DNA from: Veleropilina oligotropha
Taxonomy: Eukaryota
Reading direction: 5' to 3'
Length of the DNA stretch: 64,000 bases
Assembly: GCA_048128005.1 (NCBI GenBank)
Contig: JBEUKZ010000098.1
Span: 1 to 64,000, forward strand
Positions within the stretch are counted from its first letter, which is position 1, and each line of letters starts with the position of its first letter. This document shows, one piece after another, positions 12,504 through 25,615 of the stretch. Position numbers and translations under genes: made by a program. The notes under the pieces are model-generated. The model was not told where the DNA came from, did no database searches, and saw nothing but the letters and a program-made list of their open reading frames with translations.

Positions 12504-12986
12504 GTGCCCCACATGACCCCTGCACACACAAATGACAATGAACAAAAAATGGCTGTCCACATGGAATATGTTCAGGGAGCCAAGATAGAAGATATCACGT
12601 CGAGGGCGGACAGTCTGACTGCGGGGGAAGGCACTGTTGTAGTTATCATAGGGACTAACAACATCGACAAGGACAGTCCCGAGGAAATGAAGAAGAAGTA
12701 CCAAGAATTGCTTCCGAAGTTGTACGACAATGGTAAGAGAAAGGTGATTGTGGGTGGGCTGTTGCCAAGGAGAGCGCCTAGGAGATTGCTGGAGAAGATG
12801 AGAGAGATAAATGCCTGGTTGCGTGAGTATTGTTGTTCGGAGGGGTTTGGGTTCTTCGATTTGTGGGACAAGTTTGAGGGAAGGAGGGAGTGGTATTTCA
12901 GAGATGGGCTGCACCCTTCACTGGAGGGTGGAGAAGTGCTGGCCAGAGGAGTAAATAGGGCGATAGAGAAACATTTAAACTGTTAA
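12504..12986 (+). CDS. CR1 ORF1 C-terminal SGNH/GDSL esterase domain (5'-truncated; listed start not authentic)
   Basis: GAKIEDI, IGTNN (block III) and DGLHPS.EG (block V DxxH). Confidence 0.85.
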   Translation: MPHMTPAHTNDNEQKMAVHMEYVQGAKIEDITSRADSLTAGEGTVVVIIGTNNIDKDSPEEMKKKYQELLPKLYDNGKRKVIVGGLLPRRAPRRLLEKMREINAWLREYCCSEGFGFFDLWDKFEGRREWYFRDGLHPSLEGGEVLARGVNRAIEKHLNC

Positions 12987-15985
12987 AGGGGGAGGTTGGA
13001 TCACCAAATCAGAGAACGGAACAACCAGAAAACAGCGGTGTAAATAATACAAAGAGACAAAGAAAGACCACTAAATTCACTGGAAAGCAGATAGTCCCTT
13101 CAAAATCTAAAGGAAATAAAAAAGATCAAAACGTGCTAAAAGTTATCTTTACAAATGCACAAAGTGTGATGAATAAACAAGGGGAACTAGAAACACTAAT
13201 CGATGTACACAACCCAGATGTGTTAGGAGTTACAGAATCATGGACAAATAGTAACATAAATGATGCCGAATTAAATGTAGTGGGTTACAAATTATACAGA
13301 GAGGATAGAACAGGTACGTTAAATGGCAGAGGTGGAGGGGTATTACTATGCATCAAAGATCAACTAAATTCTGTTTCTCGCGAAGATTTTAAAATAAACT
13401 CTTTTCAAAATTCATTTTGGTGTGAAATTATGGCGAATAATAAAAAAGATTCCACAATTGTAGGTATTGTTTACCGGTCAACAAATAGCACGGAAGAGAA
13501 GTGCTAACCTAAACAGTACATTAGGAAATGTGAGTAACTCTAAGTTCAACGTATTAATTATGGGAGACTTTAATTACCCAGATATAAATTGGAAAAATTT
13601 ACATAGTGGGAAAGCAGGAACAGATTTTTAACCACAATGCAAAATGAATTCATGCACCAACATGTGGATTTCCCGACTAGAGGCAATAATGTATTAGATT
13701 TAGTGTTTTCCAGTGAGGTAAATATGGTGCAAAACATTAGCAGAATTGGGAAACTTGGATGTAGTGATCATGATTTAATTGAATTCCAGCTACACACAAA
13801 AACAATTGTGAAAACTAGCAAACAAGAAATACCAGATTTTCGAAAAGCAGATTTTGACAAAATTAAAGTAGATCTCCGAAATATAAACTGGGAGGGAACT
13901 GAAAACTTAAATGCCACGGAATGTTGGGAAGATTTTCGAAATAACATCGAACAAATAATGAAAAGAAATGTTCCATTAAAGTGTAGACGCAAACAAAATT
14001 CACCACCATGGTTAACCAGGAAAGTCAGAAAAATTATAAGACGGAAATATAAACGTTGGAAACGATACAGAGAGTCACACGACACAGATGAGCACCAAAA
14101 ATATAAAGAATGTGAGAAAGAAAGTAAAAAAGAAATCCGAGCAGCCAAAAAAGCTTTTGAAGAAAAGTTAGCAGAAAACATCAAGGAAAACCCCAAATCT
14201 TTTTATGCTTATATTAGGTCAAAACAAAAAACAAAAGATGTCGTAGATCCCCTGAACGATGAACATGGAAATATAATATCCGATGATGCACAAATCTCAG
14301 AATCCCTTAACAAATATTTTGCATCTGTTTATACTATTGAGGACACGATAAACATTCCACCGGTAAAACTTATTTATGAAGATCATGAAACATGTTGTGA
14401 AATTATTGAAATTACTACGGAAATGGTTGAAAAAAAGATAAGGTTACTAAATGTCAGTAAAGCTCCAGGTCCAGACAGCATATATCCCAAATTGCTAAAA
14501 TTCGGTAAAGATGAATTAGCAAAGCCATTAGCCCTGATATTCAATAAAACTCTACAAGAAGGCAGCTTGCCTGATGACTGGAAGACTGGAAATATTACCC
14601 CAATCTTTAAAAAAGGTAGTCTATCAAATACCCAAAATTATCGACCTGTTAGTCTGACATCAATAGTAGGCAAAATAATGGAATCTATCTTAAAGGATGC
14701 TATCTTAAAACACATAAATAAATTTGGCCTTCTAAACCTAATTCAGCATGGGTTTATGGAAAAAAGATCTTGTTTAACAAACTTACTGGAATTGTTTGAA
14801 GATGTAACAAGTGCAATTGACAATGGCAAACCAGTTGATATCATATATCTTGATTTTCAGAAAGCATTCGATAAAGTACCACATAAAAGACTATTACAAA
14901 AATTAAGTAACCATGGCATTAAAGGCCAAATACTAAATTGGATATGTAAGTGGCTAGAAAATAGAAAACAGAGGGTTGTAATAAATGGGATAAAGTCAGA
15001 ATGGAAACCAGTACTAAGTGGAGTCCCACAAGGTTCTGTGTTGGGACCATTGTTGTTTCTCATATATTTAAATGATATTGATGACGTCATTACATCTCTA
15101 GTAAAAAAGTTTGCAGACGATACCAAGCTGTACAGAATTATCGAAACAGAAGAAGATGCAAAGAAACTTCAAGGTGATTTAAATAATGTGATAAAATGGT
15201 CTGAGGACTGGCAAATGGTTTTCAACACCAGCAAATGTAAAGTAATGCATGTGGGTTATAATAACAATAACTATAGTTATGAAATGGGTTCAGAAGCTTT
15301 ACAAGAAGTGGCCAAAGAAAAAGATTTGGGTGTATGGGTAGACAAGACATTTAAACCATCAAATCAATGTGCAGAGTCAGCTAAAAAGGGAAATCAAATA
15401 TTGGGAATGATAAAGAGACATTTTAATTTTAAATCTAAAGGCATTATAACTCGCCTATACAAGCAAATGGTTAGACCGCATTTAGAATATGCAGTGCAAG
15501 CATGGTGTCCATATATTGCAAAGGATATCAATATAATTGAACAAGTTCAAAGAAGAGCCACAAAATTGATAGGAGAATTGAGAGAATTACCATACGAGGA
15601 GAGACTAAGAGCTCTGAACCTCACAACATTATCTTTGAGAAGGATAAAAGGTGATATGATTCAGGTGTTTAAAATATTTACAGGAAAAGTCAACGTTGAC
15701 AATAGTTTCTTTTTTCAGATGAACCAATACAAGATTTACAAAAAACGATTCCGACTAGACGTTAGAAAACACTTTTTCTCAAATCGGGTTGTCGATGAAT
15801 GGGATGCTCTTCCTAATAATGTAGTGGAATCGACATCTGTAAACCAATTTAAAAATCGCCTAGATGAGCATTTTAAGAAGAAGGGCAGGTTATAGAGGAC
15901 AAGACAACTCAATGGGTTTTTATATGACTGGCAGTAATGCGCTTTCTAAACCCAAACAAATTCTATTTAAAATTCTATTTAAAAA
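12560..15985 (+). mobile_element. CR1-clade LINE, 5'-truncated, with esterase ORF1
   Basis: ORF1 SGNH part, APE and RT domains, and a 3' tail of repeated ATTCTATTTAAA. Confidence 0.9.
13133..15895 (+). pseudogene. CR1 ORF2 (APE endonuclease + reverse transcriptase), disrupted near 13505-13540
   Basis: GVTESW, GDFNYP, SDH, KAPGPD, NYRPVSL, DFQKAFD, GVPQGSVLGP and FADD. 752-aa open stretch at 13637-15895. Confidence 0.92.
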
Positions 15986-17304
15986 AAATATATACTTTAC
16001 TTTATACTTTATCCTTGCCAACTGGCTCAGGATAATTGCCTTTCAACTGTTCTGAGTTGGTATCTGTATTAACGACATCTTCAAGACTTGATTTGAGGTA
16101 AGTGGAAAGTGTAAGTTAGTATTGAATTGGTAGTGCTTCCAAACTTCGTCTAGTCGATTGTTGAAGGTGTTGATTGTACAGGCGATACCTACGAGATCAG
16201 GCTGTTCCAAGCGTTAATAACTGGATGTGTGAAGAAATGCTGTCTCAGGCGCTTGTTGCATCTTGGTTTATTAATTTTCACGCTATACCCTCTTGTCCGT
16301 CCTTGCTCAATGTCGAAAAATTGGGAGTTTACATCATACTTCTAATGGATATACTTCCAGACTTCGATCATATCACCTCTGGCTCATATATATACCATGC
16401 TGCATTGTTCATTTCTTCCAAACGTTTCTCGTAGTCCAAATCCCTGAGGCTTTTGATCAGTTTTATGGCTCTCCGCTGCACTCCGCTGCACTCCGTCAAT
16501 GAGTTTTTTTTATCCTTTTCGAGGAGTGATGACCACGCTGCGACCGAGTACTTCAGGTGTGGTCTAACTAGGGCACAACAGAAGAGCTTCTATAGCGGCT
16601 TGTTCTTCATATCATGGAAAGCACCATGTTTGCTTTGTGTACCTGCTTTTCCGTGTGCTTTGAAAACATGAGTTCTTTATCTATGTGTATCCCTAGGTCG
16701 TTCTCTGGCTCTGTGGTCTCAAGTATCCGTTTCTCTTCTCCCTCTTGTAATGTGTAATTGAAGTTCCTGATATTCATTCCAATGTGAAGGACTTGGTAAT
16801 TAGTCTATGGTAAAGAACTGTGTCGAATGATTTAGCGAAGACTAAATATATTGTATCTATTGGAATGTTATCATCGCAGGATTCTGTCCACTTGTCAATA
16901 TAAGCTTGCAAGTTCGTCGAACATGACCTTCACATAAGGAAACCGTACTGGCAGCTAGTGAAGAGGTCATTCTTCTGCATATGTCCTATAATTGATTTCA
17001 TAACGAGTTTATCCATGGTCTTGCAAATGATACTGGTCAAGTTTGGTACAATGTGGCCATCTTTCCATGCTTGGGGGACTGTGGCAAGTGAGGAGGATTC
17101 CTGAAAGATGATTTAAAGGGGGATGCTGATTTCTTATAAAGGTTCACGGAGCACACGAAGTGAAGTTGATCAGGCCGTTTTAACTTACTCACGCTCAAGG
17201 TCTTCAGCTCTTTACAGACGTCTTCCTTCGTAACTCCTTTGCTGGATAGTTTGATATTAAAGGCAACCTCGGGAAACTCTGGTATATCTGTGTCTTGCTC
17301 CTTT

Positions 17305-20300
17305 TGTTACAATATGATGTCTAATTACTTAACGAGTTAACTTTAAGAATGATAAATCAGTATTGTTATAAATGTGGAAAACGTACTTGATGACTAATTG
17401 CACTAAGAGCCCATGCCATAGAGTGATTGACTGTGACCTGGTGATCTAATGTAATCTTGTTTATCTTATCAATAACAATAAGCAGCCAATTAACAAGAAT
17501 TGACGTCACATAAGGATGGCATGGGTGGACATGTTTATATAATTGAAATATATTAATGATGCTTACTCAGCGTCCTTTTGCACGTGTTTATGATGTAACA
17601 TTGGACAAGTTAAGAGTACAGGGGGGTTCAAGTTAAGTGGGTGAATCCAAAGTACGCTAGTGGATTGGCTTAGAAGAGGGTGTGGCCCGTCCGAGAATAA
17701 GCGATTAGGGTACAGTGCGCGCTTGAGGAATTCAATTTCGACCTAGCCCGTGTCTAGTGAACACGTTAAAACTGTGTGGTTAATTTGTACATATAAATGT
17801 GTAGTTAGAGACCGTATATCTACGCTACGCTTGGCTTCAGCAACATGTATGTATCCGATGTAATTTGTACCATGTAGTGGACTATATAAAATGAATTGTC
17901 AAGAATCTACTTCTGACTTCGTTATCCAGTAGCAAGATGAAAACTCAACGAATCAAGCGGATAGCGTCTTGTCACGGGGATGTTATCTTATACCATCGCA
18001 TTCCAGCATGGATAACACAACGGTCCTTTATAAATGTTGGAATTGATTGATTGATTGATTTTATTCAGCAAGAGAGAGTATGATACACTACCATGCAAGG
18101 ATGACACAGAAAGCATTAAAATGCTTGTTTCCACTGTGGTCCACAGATACATAATAACAATAACACAATAAAATAATGTATATAAATATACACACATAGT
18201 GATACAAATATAAATATTATGCTATACAATATAAGAAGACAATTTTATTATAAAAGGATTTCAAGTTTAAACGTTGTTGCTGGAGTAAGTGGCATGATAC
18301 TCATTTTGCAGCAAACTTTTAATTTTCTTTTTAAATAAAGCAGTTGATGTACAATTTTGAATAATTGAAGGTAAAGTGTTCCAGGCATGGTACGCAGTAT
18401 AGGAGAAAGACTTTTGACCCGCTGCCAGATGTCTGGGAATATGCAAAGTGGATTGACTGTGGCGCGTAAAATGACTATGAATTGACGTGTTATGGATGAC
18501 ATCATTGGTGAGGTAGGATGGAGCTTCACCTGAGGTAATTTTATGCATGTGAACAAGCTTAATATATCTTACCCTGTATTCGATAGGAAGCCATTGTAGT
18601 TTTGAGAATTCATCGGGACCTACGTGCGACCTTGTATTGAGATTTAACACAAAGCGGATAATTTTATTTTGGCAGGTTTGTAGACGATGCATGTATGTTT
18701 TAGGTAAGCCACTATACCAGTATGAGCAGGCATAGTCAAAATGACAGAGAATCAAAGCAGATGCTAATAATTTGCGAGAGTGTGTATCCAAATAGTTTCT
18801 GTTTCTGTATAAGAATTTGAGTCTAGATGTAGTTGTTTTGATTACGTTATCTGCCATGGTTTTACCCGTTAGCGATTGGTCGAGAGTAGCACCGAGGTAT
18901 TTGATGTTGGTAATTGCTGAAATTTTGTTCTTATAGCAGGTAATGTTAAGTGAGTCGTGTTTAGCTATCCTTGGTTTTGAACCAAACAGGATTGATTCAG
19001 TCTTGCCAAAGTGAATAGACAGTTTATTATCGACTAGCCAATTGTAGATGGATTCTAATTCCTTGCTAAGTGTGGATTGAATAGTATTTATATTGTTGCT
19101 AGATACTAACAAAGCTGTGTCGTCGGCATATAATAATAATTTGCAAGAAACAGCAGATGGCATATCATTAACATACAAAGAAAATAGCAAGGGACCAAGG
19201 ATGGATCCTTGTGGCACACCACAATTGATTATATTTGACATGGAGAAAGAACCATCTATATTTACAACCTGTGTTCTCTCACATAGATAGGACTTGAACC
19301 AAAGTACTGTTTTGTTATCTACTCCACAAGCATCTAATTTGTTTAAGAGAATTTCATGGTTGACAGTGTCAAATGCTTTTTGGAGATCAAGAACAACCAT
19401 ACCAGTGTAATTGCCGTGATCCATTTCTTTACGAATATGGTCAGTCATATGGATAAGGCAGGTATCGGTTGAAAAGCCAGGACGAAAGCCGGACTGAAAT
19501 TCATACATTATATTATTTTGGTGCAGATAACCTTCAAGTTGAATATACACAATTCGTTCTAAAATTTTAGAAATTATGCTAAGTATTGATATTGGACGGT
19601 AATTACTTTCGTCTGTTTTCTTACCCTTTTTGTGTATTGGCACTACGCGAGCCTCTTTTAGATCAGATGGAACTTGACTGTGGTATAAAGACAGGTTTAG
19701 CACATGAGTTAGTGGAGTAATAATCTGAGCAGCGCCATCTTTTAAGAACTTAGCTGGTAAATTATCTAACCCAGTAGCTTTATTACTACTTATCTTTTGA
19801 ATGAGTTCCATTACGTGCGCTTCACTTACAGTGGATAATTTGAATGCGTTATCCTGAACATGTTTGCTTTTATAAAAGCGTTTTACATAGCTGAGACCAA
19901 ATAAACCAGAGATTTTAGGAAGTTTGCCGACTAAATCTGTAGCTATTGTTGTGAAGAAGTCATTGAAACGTTTAGCTACCTTTGGTTTATCAAAGCAGAT
20001 ATCGTCATCAATCTTTAACCCGATGTTGGATAAAGTGGCCGATGATCGTTTGGAGGGCGCACCTAGACTTTTTAAGGTTTTCCAGAGTTTTTTCGAGTCA
20101 TTTTTGTTTTCATCTATTGTATTTTTAAGATACGATGATTTCGCATCATGGATTAATTTATTTACGTTGTTACGGAGAACTTTGTATTCTTCAAAATATT
20201 CATTTACTTTGTGTTTTTTAAATTTCAAAAATTGTTGATTGCGTTGTCTGATAGCATTTAGAATTTCTGAAGTAATCCAAGGTTCTGTTCGTTGTTTGAT

Positions 20301-20587
20301 GCGTATCTCACGGGTTGGTGAGTCATGGAGTAGTTTCACTGATACGTTTAAAATGGAATGACCAGAGTCGGCTGAGTCGATCAAGAGACAGTAGCAGATA
20401 TTCCATGTAATACTAGACGACATGAAGAATGCGTTCCATTAGTATTCCACCGTTGTTCACCGGACATATAGAAATTCACTGCAGAATACAGGAACAATTT
20501 GTCACATTAATACCGTAACGCGGTGACGGGCATTCCGCCGGTTATCGGAGTCCTAAACTGGCAGTTACAAGAGCCCGCATCGCAACA
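17305..20587. mobile_element. Probable solo LTR (~1 kb), itself interrupted by a LINE
   Basis: Begins TGTTAC and ends GCAACA exactly where the CR1 reading frame is broken. TSD is imperfect (CCTTT/CCTGA). Confidence 0.55.
18044..20319 (-). mobile_element. 5'-truncated L2/Crack-like LINE with an uninterrupted RT frame (18267-20319)
   Basis: KATGLD, NYRPISIL, QSGFR, DLQKAFD, GVPQGSILGP and YADD. AATAAA plus (ATCA)n tail. TGGAAT at both flanks (18038, 20354). Confidence 0.92.
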
Positions 20588-21565
20588 CCTGACAACTACA
20601 CCGCTGAAGAACTGGTTCAAAACTTCTGCTTTATCTTCACTTGTCGTGGCCTCTCCTCCTCCTTCCTTCTCTAGATCTCCAATGGTTTATTTATTCTTCA
20701 TCTTGCTTCTAAGAATCTTGCGTAAGCGAAAAATGCCTTTGGGTTTGTTTTTGCTTCGTTTGCAATGTTCCTTTCGAAAGTCCTGACCGCTTCCAGGCAG
20801 GCCCACTTCGCTTGATTTCTTGCTTGTGCAACTGGTTGTAGTCTTCCCATCTCGTGTCTCCAGGTATCTCCGGAATGCGTGAAGTTTTTTTGCACTTTGG
20901 CCAGGGCACTGCTGTTCATCCATAAGGGTTTACTGTGTTTCTTTTGTGCTCCCCGCCCCCCTTTTGACGCCGGGATGTGCTTGTTAATGAGCATTTTAAA
21001 CGTATCAGTGAAACTACTCCATGACTCTTCCACAGGTTAGCCTCTCAGCAGAGTTTCTCAGTCGATCTCAGCTGTGTCCTTTCTTATGTCCTCATAATTT
21101 CCTTTGTCGTACAGCAGCTTTTGTCTTCCTCCTTGCTTCTCTTCTGTGTAGCATTTGAAGTCGAACATCAGTGTGACGTGGTGACATTTTCCAAGTGGTG
21201 ATAGGTAGTCTAAGTTTGGTATCATGTCGGATTCATTCGTCAAGACAAGATCCAATACATTCTGATTGGTGTTAGGTCGGTAGTGGGTGGAGGATGCGAC
21301 ATGCTGTATGAGGTACGAGTCCCTGATGCATTCCATAAACAGTGTTGCTTGGTTGTGTATGTCAGGACCAGCCAATGTCCGGTGTGTTAAATTCTCCAGT
21401 GATGAGAACGTGGGTGGCTCTTATTTAGACTTCTTAACTTCTCGTTATTTTCTGCAATGCTGTTTGGTTATCTGTATAGGCATGTTAAAAGAACTCTGTG
21501 TCCATCTTTAAGCTTTATATCGCACCATACACTCTCACTGAAAATGAACATTGCCTGTTCTTTAC

Positions 21566-21745
21566 TGATAAATGCCCTTAGTTCCTCTCTGACGTAAATT
21601 GCCACTCCTCAAATATGTGCATACTGTCAATGTTGGAGAACATATGTCATACCTGATAAATGCCCTTAGTTCCTCTCTGACGTAAATTGCCACTCCTCAG
21701 ATATGTGCATACTGTCAATGTTGGAGAACATAATTATGTCATACC
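21566..21745. repeat. ~88-bp tandem duplication within the CR1 endonuclease region
   Basis: CTGATAAATGCCCTTAGTTCC...GTCATACCT occurs twice. Confidence 0.85.
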
Positions 21746-24700
21746 TCACCAGTGCAATCTCAGATTCTTGAATAGGTTTTTTGCAGTTCTTGGGTGCTAT
21801 TTCGTATAAACATATAGCATCTGGTGCATGCAACTCAACAAAATATGAAAACTCTGTGCTCTTATTTAACAGGCTACATTCGTATATATACACTGAGGGA
21901 ATTCTTGACCTCTAGCCTTCCCTCTCCTCTTTGTCTTCTTGTTCACTCTGCATGTTGATAACCTTGATCTAATAGTCATATTTATCAAACATAATTTCCT
22001 TTACCGCTTCTTCCATGTAGACCAAAATGATACGTCTGCAGTCGGGGTAAATTAAATTTGCGACTCCTCAAAAAAACTTAAGATAAGAGCAACAGTGTAA
22101 ATCTTTTTCAAATCTTCCCTGAATAACTCATGTGCACATAAAATGATGACATTATCAAATGATATATGTCGATAAGTTTTAATTATAGACAATGATCCAC
22201 TGCACCCCTTGATTCACCGTGCCCCACTCTCCCATATTCTTTGTACTTTTAGTCCATGGGCCAGATACCGAAACCCTCCCCCTCTGGGGAGTTTTGGAGA
22301 CATGTATTTTTGGATAGCCTATTATGTCTCTATTCGATATCTGCATGTCTGCAATAAAAAATATTGGTGGAATAACAAAATGGCGGCTAAAATTCAAAAT
22401 GGTGGATTTATCACATTTGATTTTTGTGTATTTGGTATTTCCGACATATTCTGTTCAGTTTTCAAAGATACATGGTTGTAATGGCTCATTTTAACGATAA
22501 ATATATTGACAACATATGTACCTTACTTTTGTTCAAAATAATTATTGTAAAATTTCAAAAATGGCGGTTACAATTCAAAATGACGGTTTCACATTATAGT
22601 AATGTGGCTAAAATTAGTAAAAAATCGTTCACTTTTTAATTTTTTTTGAGATTTTGATTATGGATTGATATTACCTAGATATTTTATAATCAGCCCAACT
22701 GTCCCTCTGGCGGCCATATTGGAAACAAATCCAATATGGCCGCCATCCAAAGAAAGGAATACCATTTAGGAACTTTATGTCTAAACCTCATTGATTAGTA
22801 AATAATACATTCATTTTGGGGTTTACTAGCATGATGAAGTCGATTATGACATTATTTAGTCGAAATCATGTTAAGGTCAAGGTCAAATCCCAATTTCAAG
22901 GTCAAAATGGTATAAAAACAATAAATATGGTCATCACCCGAAGGACGGAATACCATAAATTAAATTTAATTCCAACAACATAAATTAATAAATTATGTCT
23001 ACATTTTAGGGTTTTCAAGGATGTGGAAAACGATAATAACATTATTATCGCTTTTCCAGGATAAGGTCAAGTCCAAATCACCGGCCATTTCATGGTCAAG
23101 GATTGCATATATATAAACGCGCAATATGCACATCTCCGAAACACAGAAAACTATAACTTTTAGTCTAAGCATCATATATTAATATATAATACCTCCATTT
23201 TAGGGTTTTAAAGGTCGAGGAAGTCGATTAAGACATTATTTTCTCGATTCCAGGTTAAAGTCCAGGTCAAATTACCATTTCCATGTCAAAAAATGGTATA
23301 AAAACGCGCAATGTGGCTGCCACCCGAAAGACGAAACACCATAAATTTAATCTAAACAACATTGATTAATAAATAATACCTCCATAATGGTGCTTTCAGT
23401 GAAGACGAAGTCGATCATGGCATTATTTTCGTGATTCCAGGTTAGGCTCAAGCTAGGTCAAATCACCATTTCAAAGTCAAATTGGTATAAAACGCAAAAT
23501 ATGATTGTCGCCCGAAAGACTGAATAGTAAGAATCATATATTAATAAATAATACCTCCATAATGGTGCTTTCAGTGAAGACGAAGTCGATCATGGCATTA
23601 TTTTCGTGATTCCAGGTTAGGCTCAAGCTAGGTCAAATCACCATTTCAAAGTTAAATTGGTATAAAACGCAAAATATGATTGTCGCCCGAAAGACGGAAT
23701 AGTAAGCATCATATATTAATAAATAATACCTACATTCTGGGGTTTTCAAGGATGAGGAAGTCGATTATTTTGGCGACGAGATTGTCATATCATCATTTCA
23801 AGGTTAAAAATGGTATAAAATCGTGATAAAAGAGCTGATTTAGAATATAACAAGTGCCGTCGTGGCTCAATGGGTAGATCATGGGAATCTGGTGGCAGAG
23901 TCTCGCGCTCGCCGTCTGGTCTCGGCCGGCGATGTCACTTGGACAACGAAATAAATATACATTTGCCTCGATCCACCCAGCCGATCTGATGGATATATGG
24001 TTGGCAGTTATGTAAGTCACAGCGCAACCCATTTTATTTTATTATTAAATAATTCTTATTAACCATGTTTCGATCATTTTGCCAACTCTGATTGTTTCTG
24101 GAACAAAAACAGTTTCAGATTTAGTTGTCAGAAGGAGAATGCCAGCCATGGTGATATGTCCCACACAGTGTCGTTACGTTCAACATATGGAGTCATATGG
24201 CTGTTCAGGAAAAGGAAAGTCGCTACACCGAGTGGAAGCACCATTTGAGTCACAACCGGCATGTCTATTACCATGACTGTGATATCACACGACCAGCAAC
24301 ATACGCTCTTGTTAGGACGCCTTGACACTTTTGAGTCCCTGATCTCAGCCTCTCGCGGTTAAAAAGTGAGGGTGGCTCACGTTGATTATCAAATCTGAGT
24401 TCATGATCAGTTTTCAGCCCATCCACGAAGGTCATAACGTCAGTGATGAATCATGTTTGGAGATCGGGCGACTCCGCGTGATGAGCGATGGATGAGTCGC
24501 ACATGTTCAGTATACTCTCAAGTCCCACAAGGTCAGGACCTGTCTGCATTATCATTAATGTCTTACAATCCACCACCACCTGCATATAGGATTTTATTGT
24601 TTTGTTCGTACGACTAGTTTTGGCAATTAGGGAGAACTTGTGCCATGATCGCTGGGCGATGAAATTCCCTTCTTAAACTCCTTGTACACCCTATGGTGTT

Positions 24701-25177
24701 TGTCAGGCAGTTCGACCAAATCATTTACGAGGAACGGCACCAACCCTGCATAAATGGTATGAACGACTGCAAAGAATCAGGGACGGCGTTCATCCAGAAC
24801 TTGAACATCGAACTCATCTTCCCGCAAAGAGTACGCAAATCGGCACATGATGAGCTCCAATTCGATGATCCGAGACTAGTACTTGAACATGTGTGCATTC
24901 TCATCACGCTTCATTCTCACCACGCTTCACAGTAAATACGTGTATGCCTCTTGCTTGAGTTGTGACAAAGATAGAAAAGTCATGGTAAGCATAACGTATG
25001 CGTTTAATGTAATGGTTATCGCCTCTTCAATCCCTGATCCGTGGATGAACTTCCAAGCAAAAGTTGTGCCTTGTTCTCGAAGTGAAGTCAATGTGCTCCC
25101 ATCATTAAGATACACGTCATGTCGGAGATTTATAGGGGACACGATGAAATAATGGTTTGAGAGTCTGGGTTTTGATG

Positions 25178-25397
25178 TAGTTGGTTGGTTGGTAACTGTC
25201 ATCTCCACTTTGTGGCCATTTGTTTTCAGTCTTATCGCAGTCGGGAGAGCTGGTTTAAGGTCTCACGCCGATCTGACCGACATATATAGAGCATATGCAT
25301 TATATTACTGTTAACGCCGGTGCAGGAGGCGAAGCCACATCCCTTCGTCCCACTTAACTTTTTCCGATGCTCTACCAGTTAAGCTATCAAGGACAGT
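25178..25397 (-). mobile_element. SINE family 2, older copy
   Basis: Shares GTTTAAGGT.TCA..CCGATCTGACCGACATA and CCACATCC..CGTCCCAC...TTTTTCCGA with 8425-8657. (AACC)n tail. Confidence 0.75.
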
Positions 25398-25615
25398 TAG
25401 GGTTCGGATGCAAGATGTGTCAAATTTAACTGGGCCATGAGTAACCTCATTATATCACTTAAAAGGTGATTGGGTAGGGTAATCACAATGTCCTGGATGT
25501 CGTCATTTGAATGGTTGCTGATCTTCTCGAGTTCCAAATTGTCCACATCTTCAGTTGTGAAGACACCTGATCGCATATTGGTAGGCAAAACAAGACCATC
25601 TTCTTCAATCCTCTA

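Larger units (their letters stand above)
15993..21900 (-). mobile_element. Degraded CR1 LINE split by an LTR-like insertion (pieces 15993-17304 and 20588-21900)
   Basis: Minus-strand motifs FNNRLDEVWK, KTNPKAFFAY, NVLDLVLTNE and LGKCHH. The halves rejoin as FFSGVVVREQDTDIP. (TAAAG/TA)-type tail near 15995. Confidence 0.85.

Noticed and set aside
12495..20238. Antisense ORFs overlapping LINE coding regions (e.g. 12495-12914, 13768-14196, 19924-20238)
   Set aside because: Shadow frames of the retroelement ORFs.
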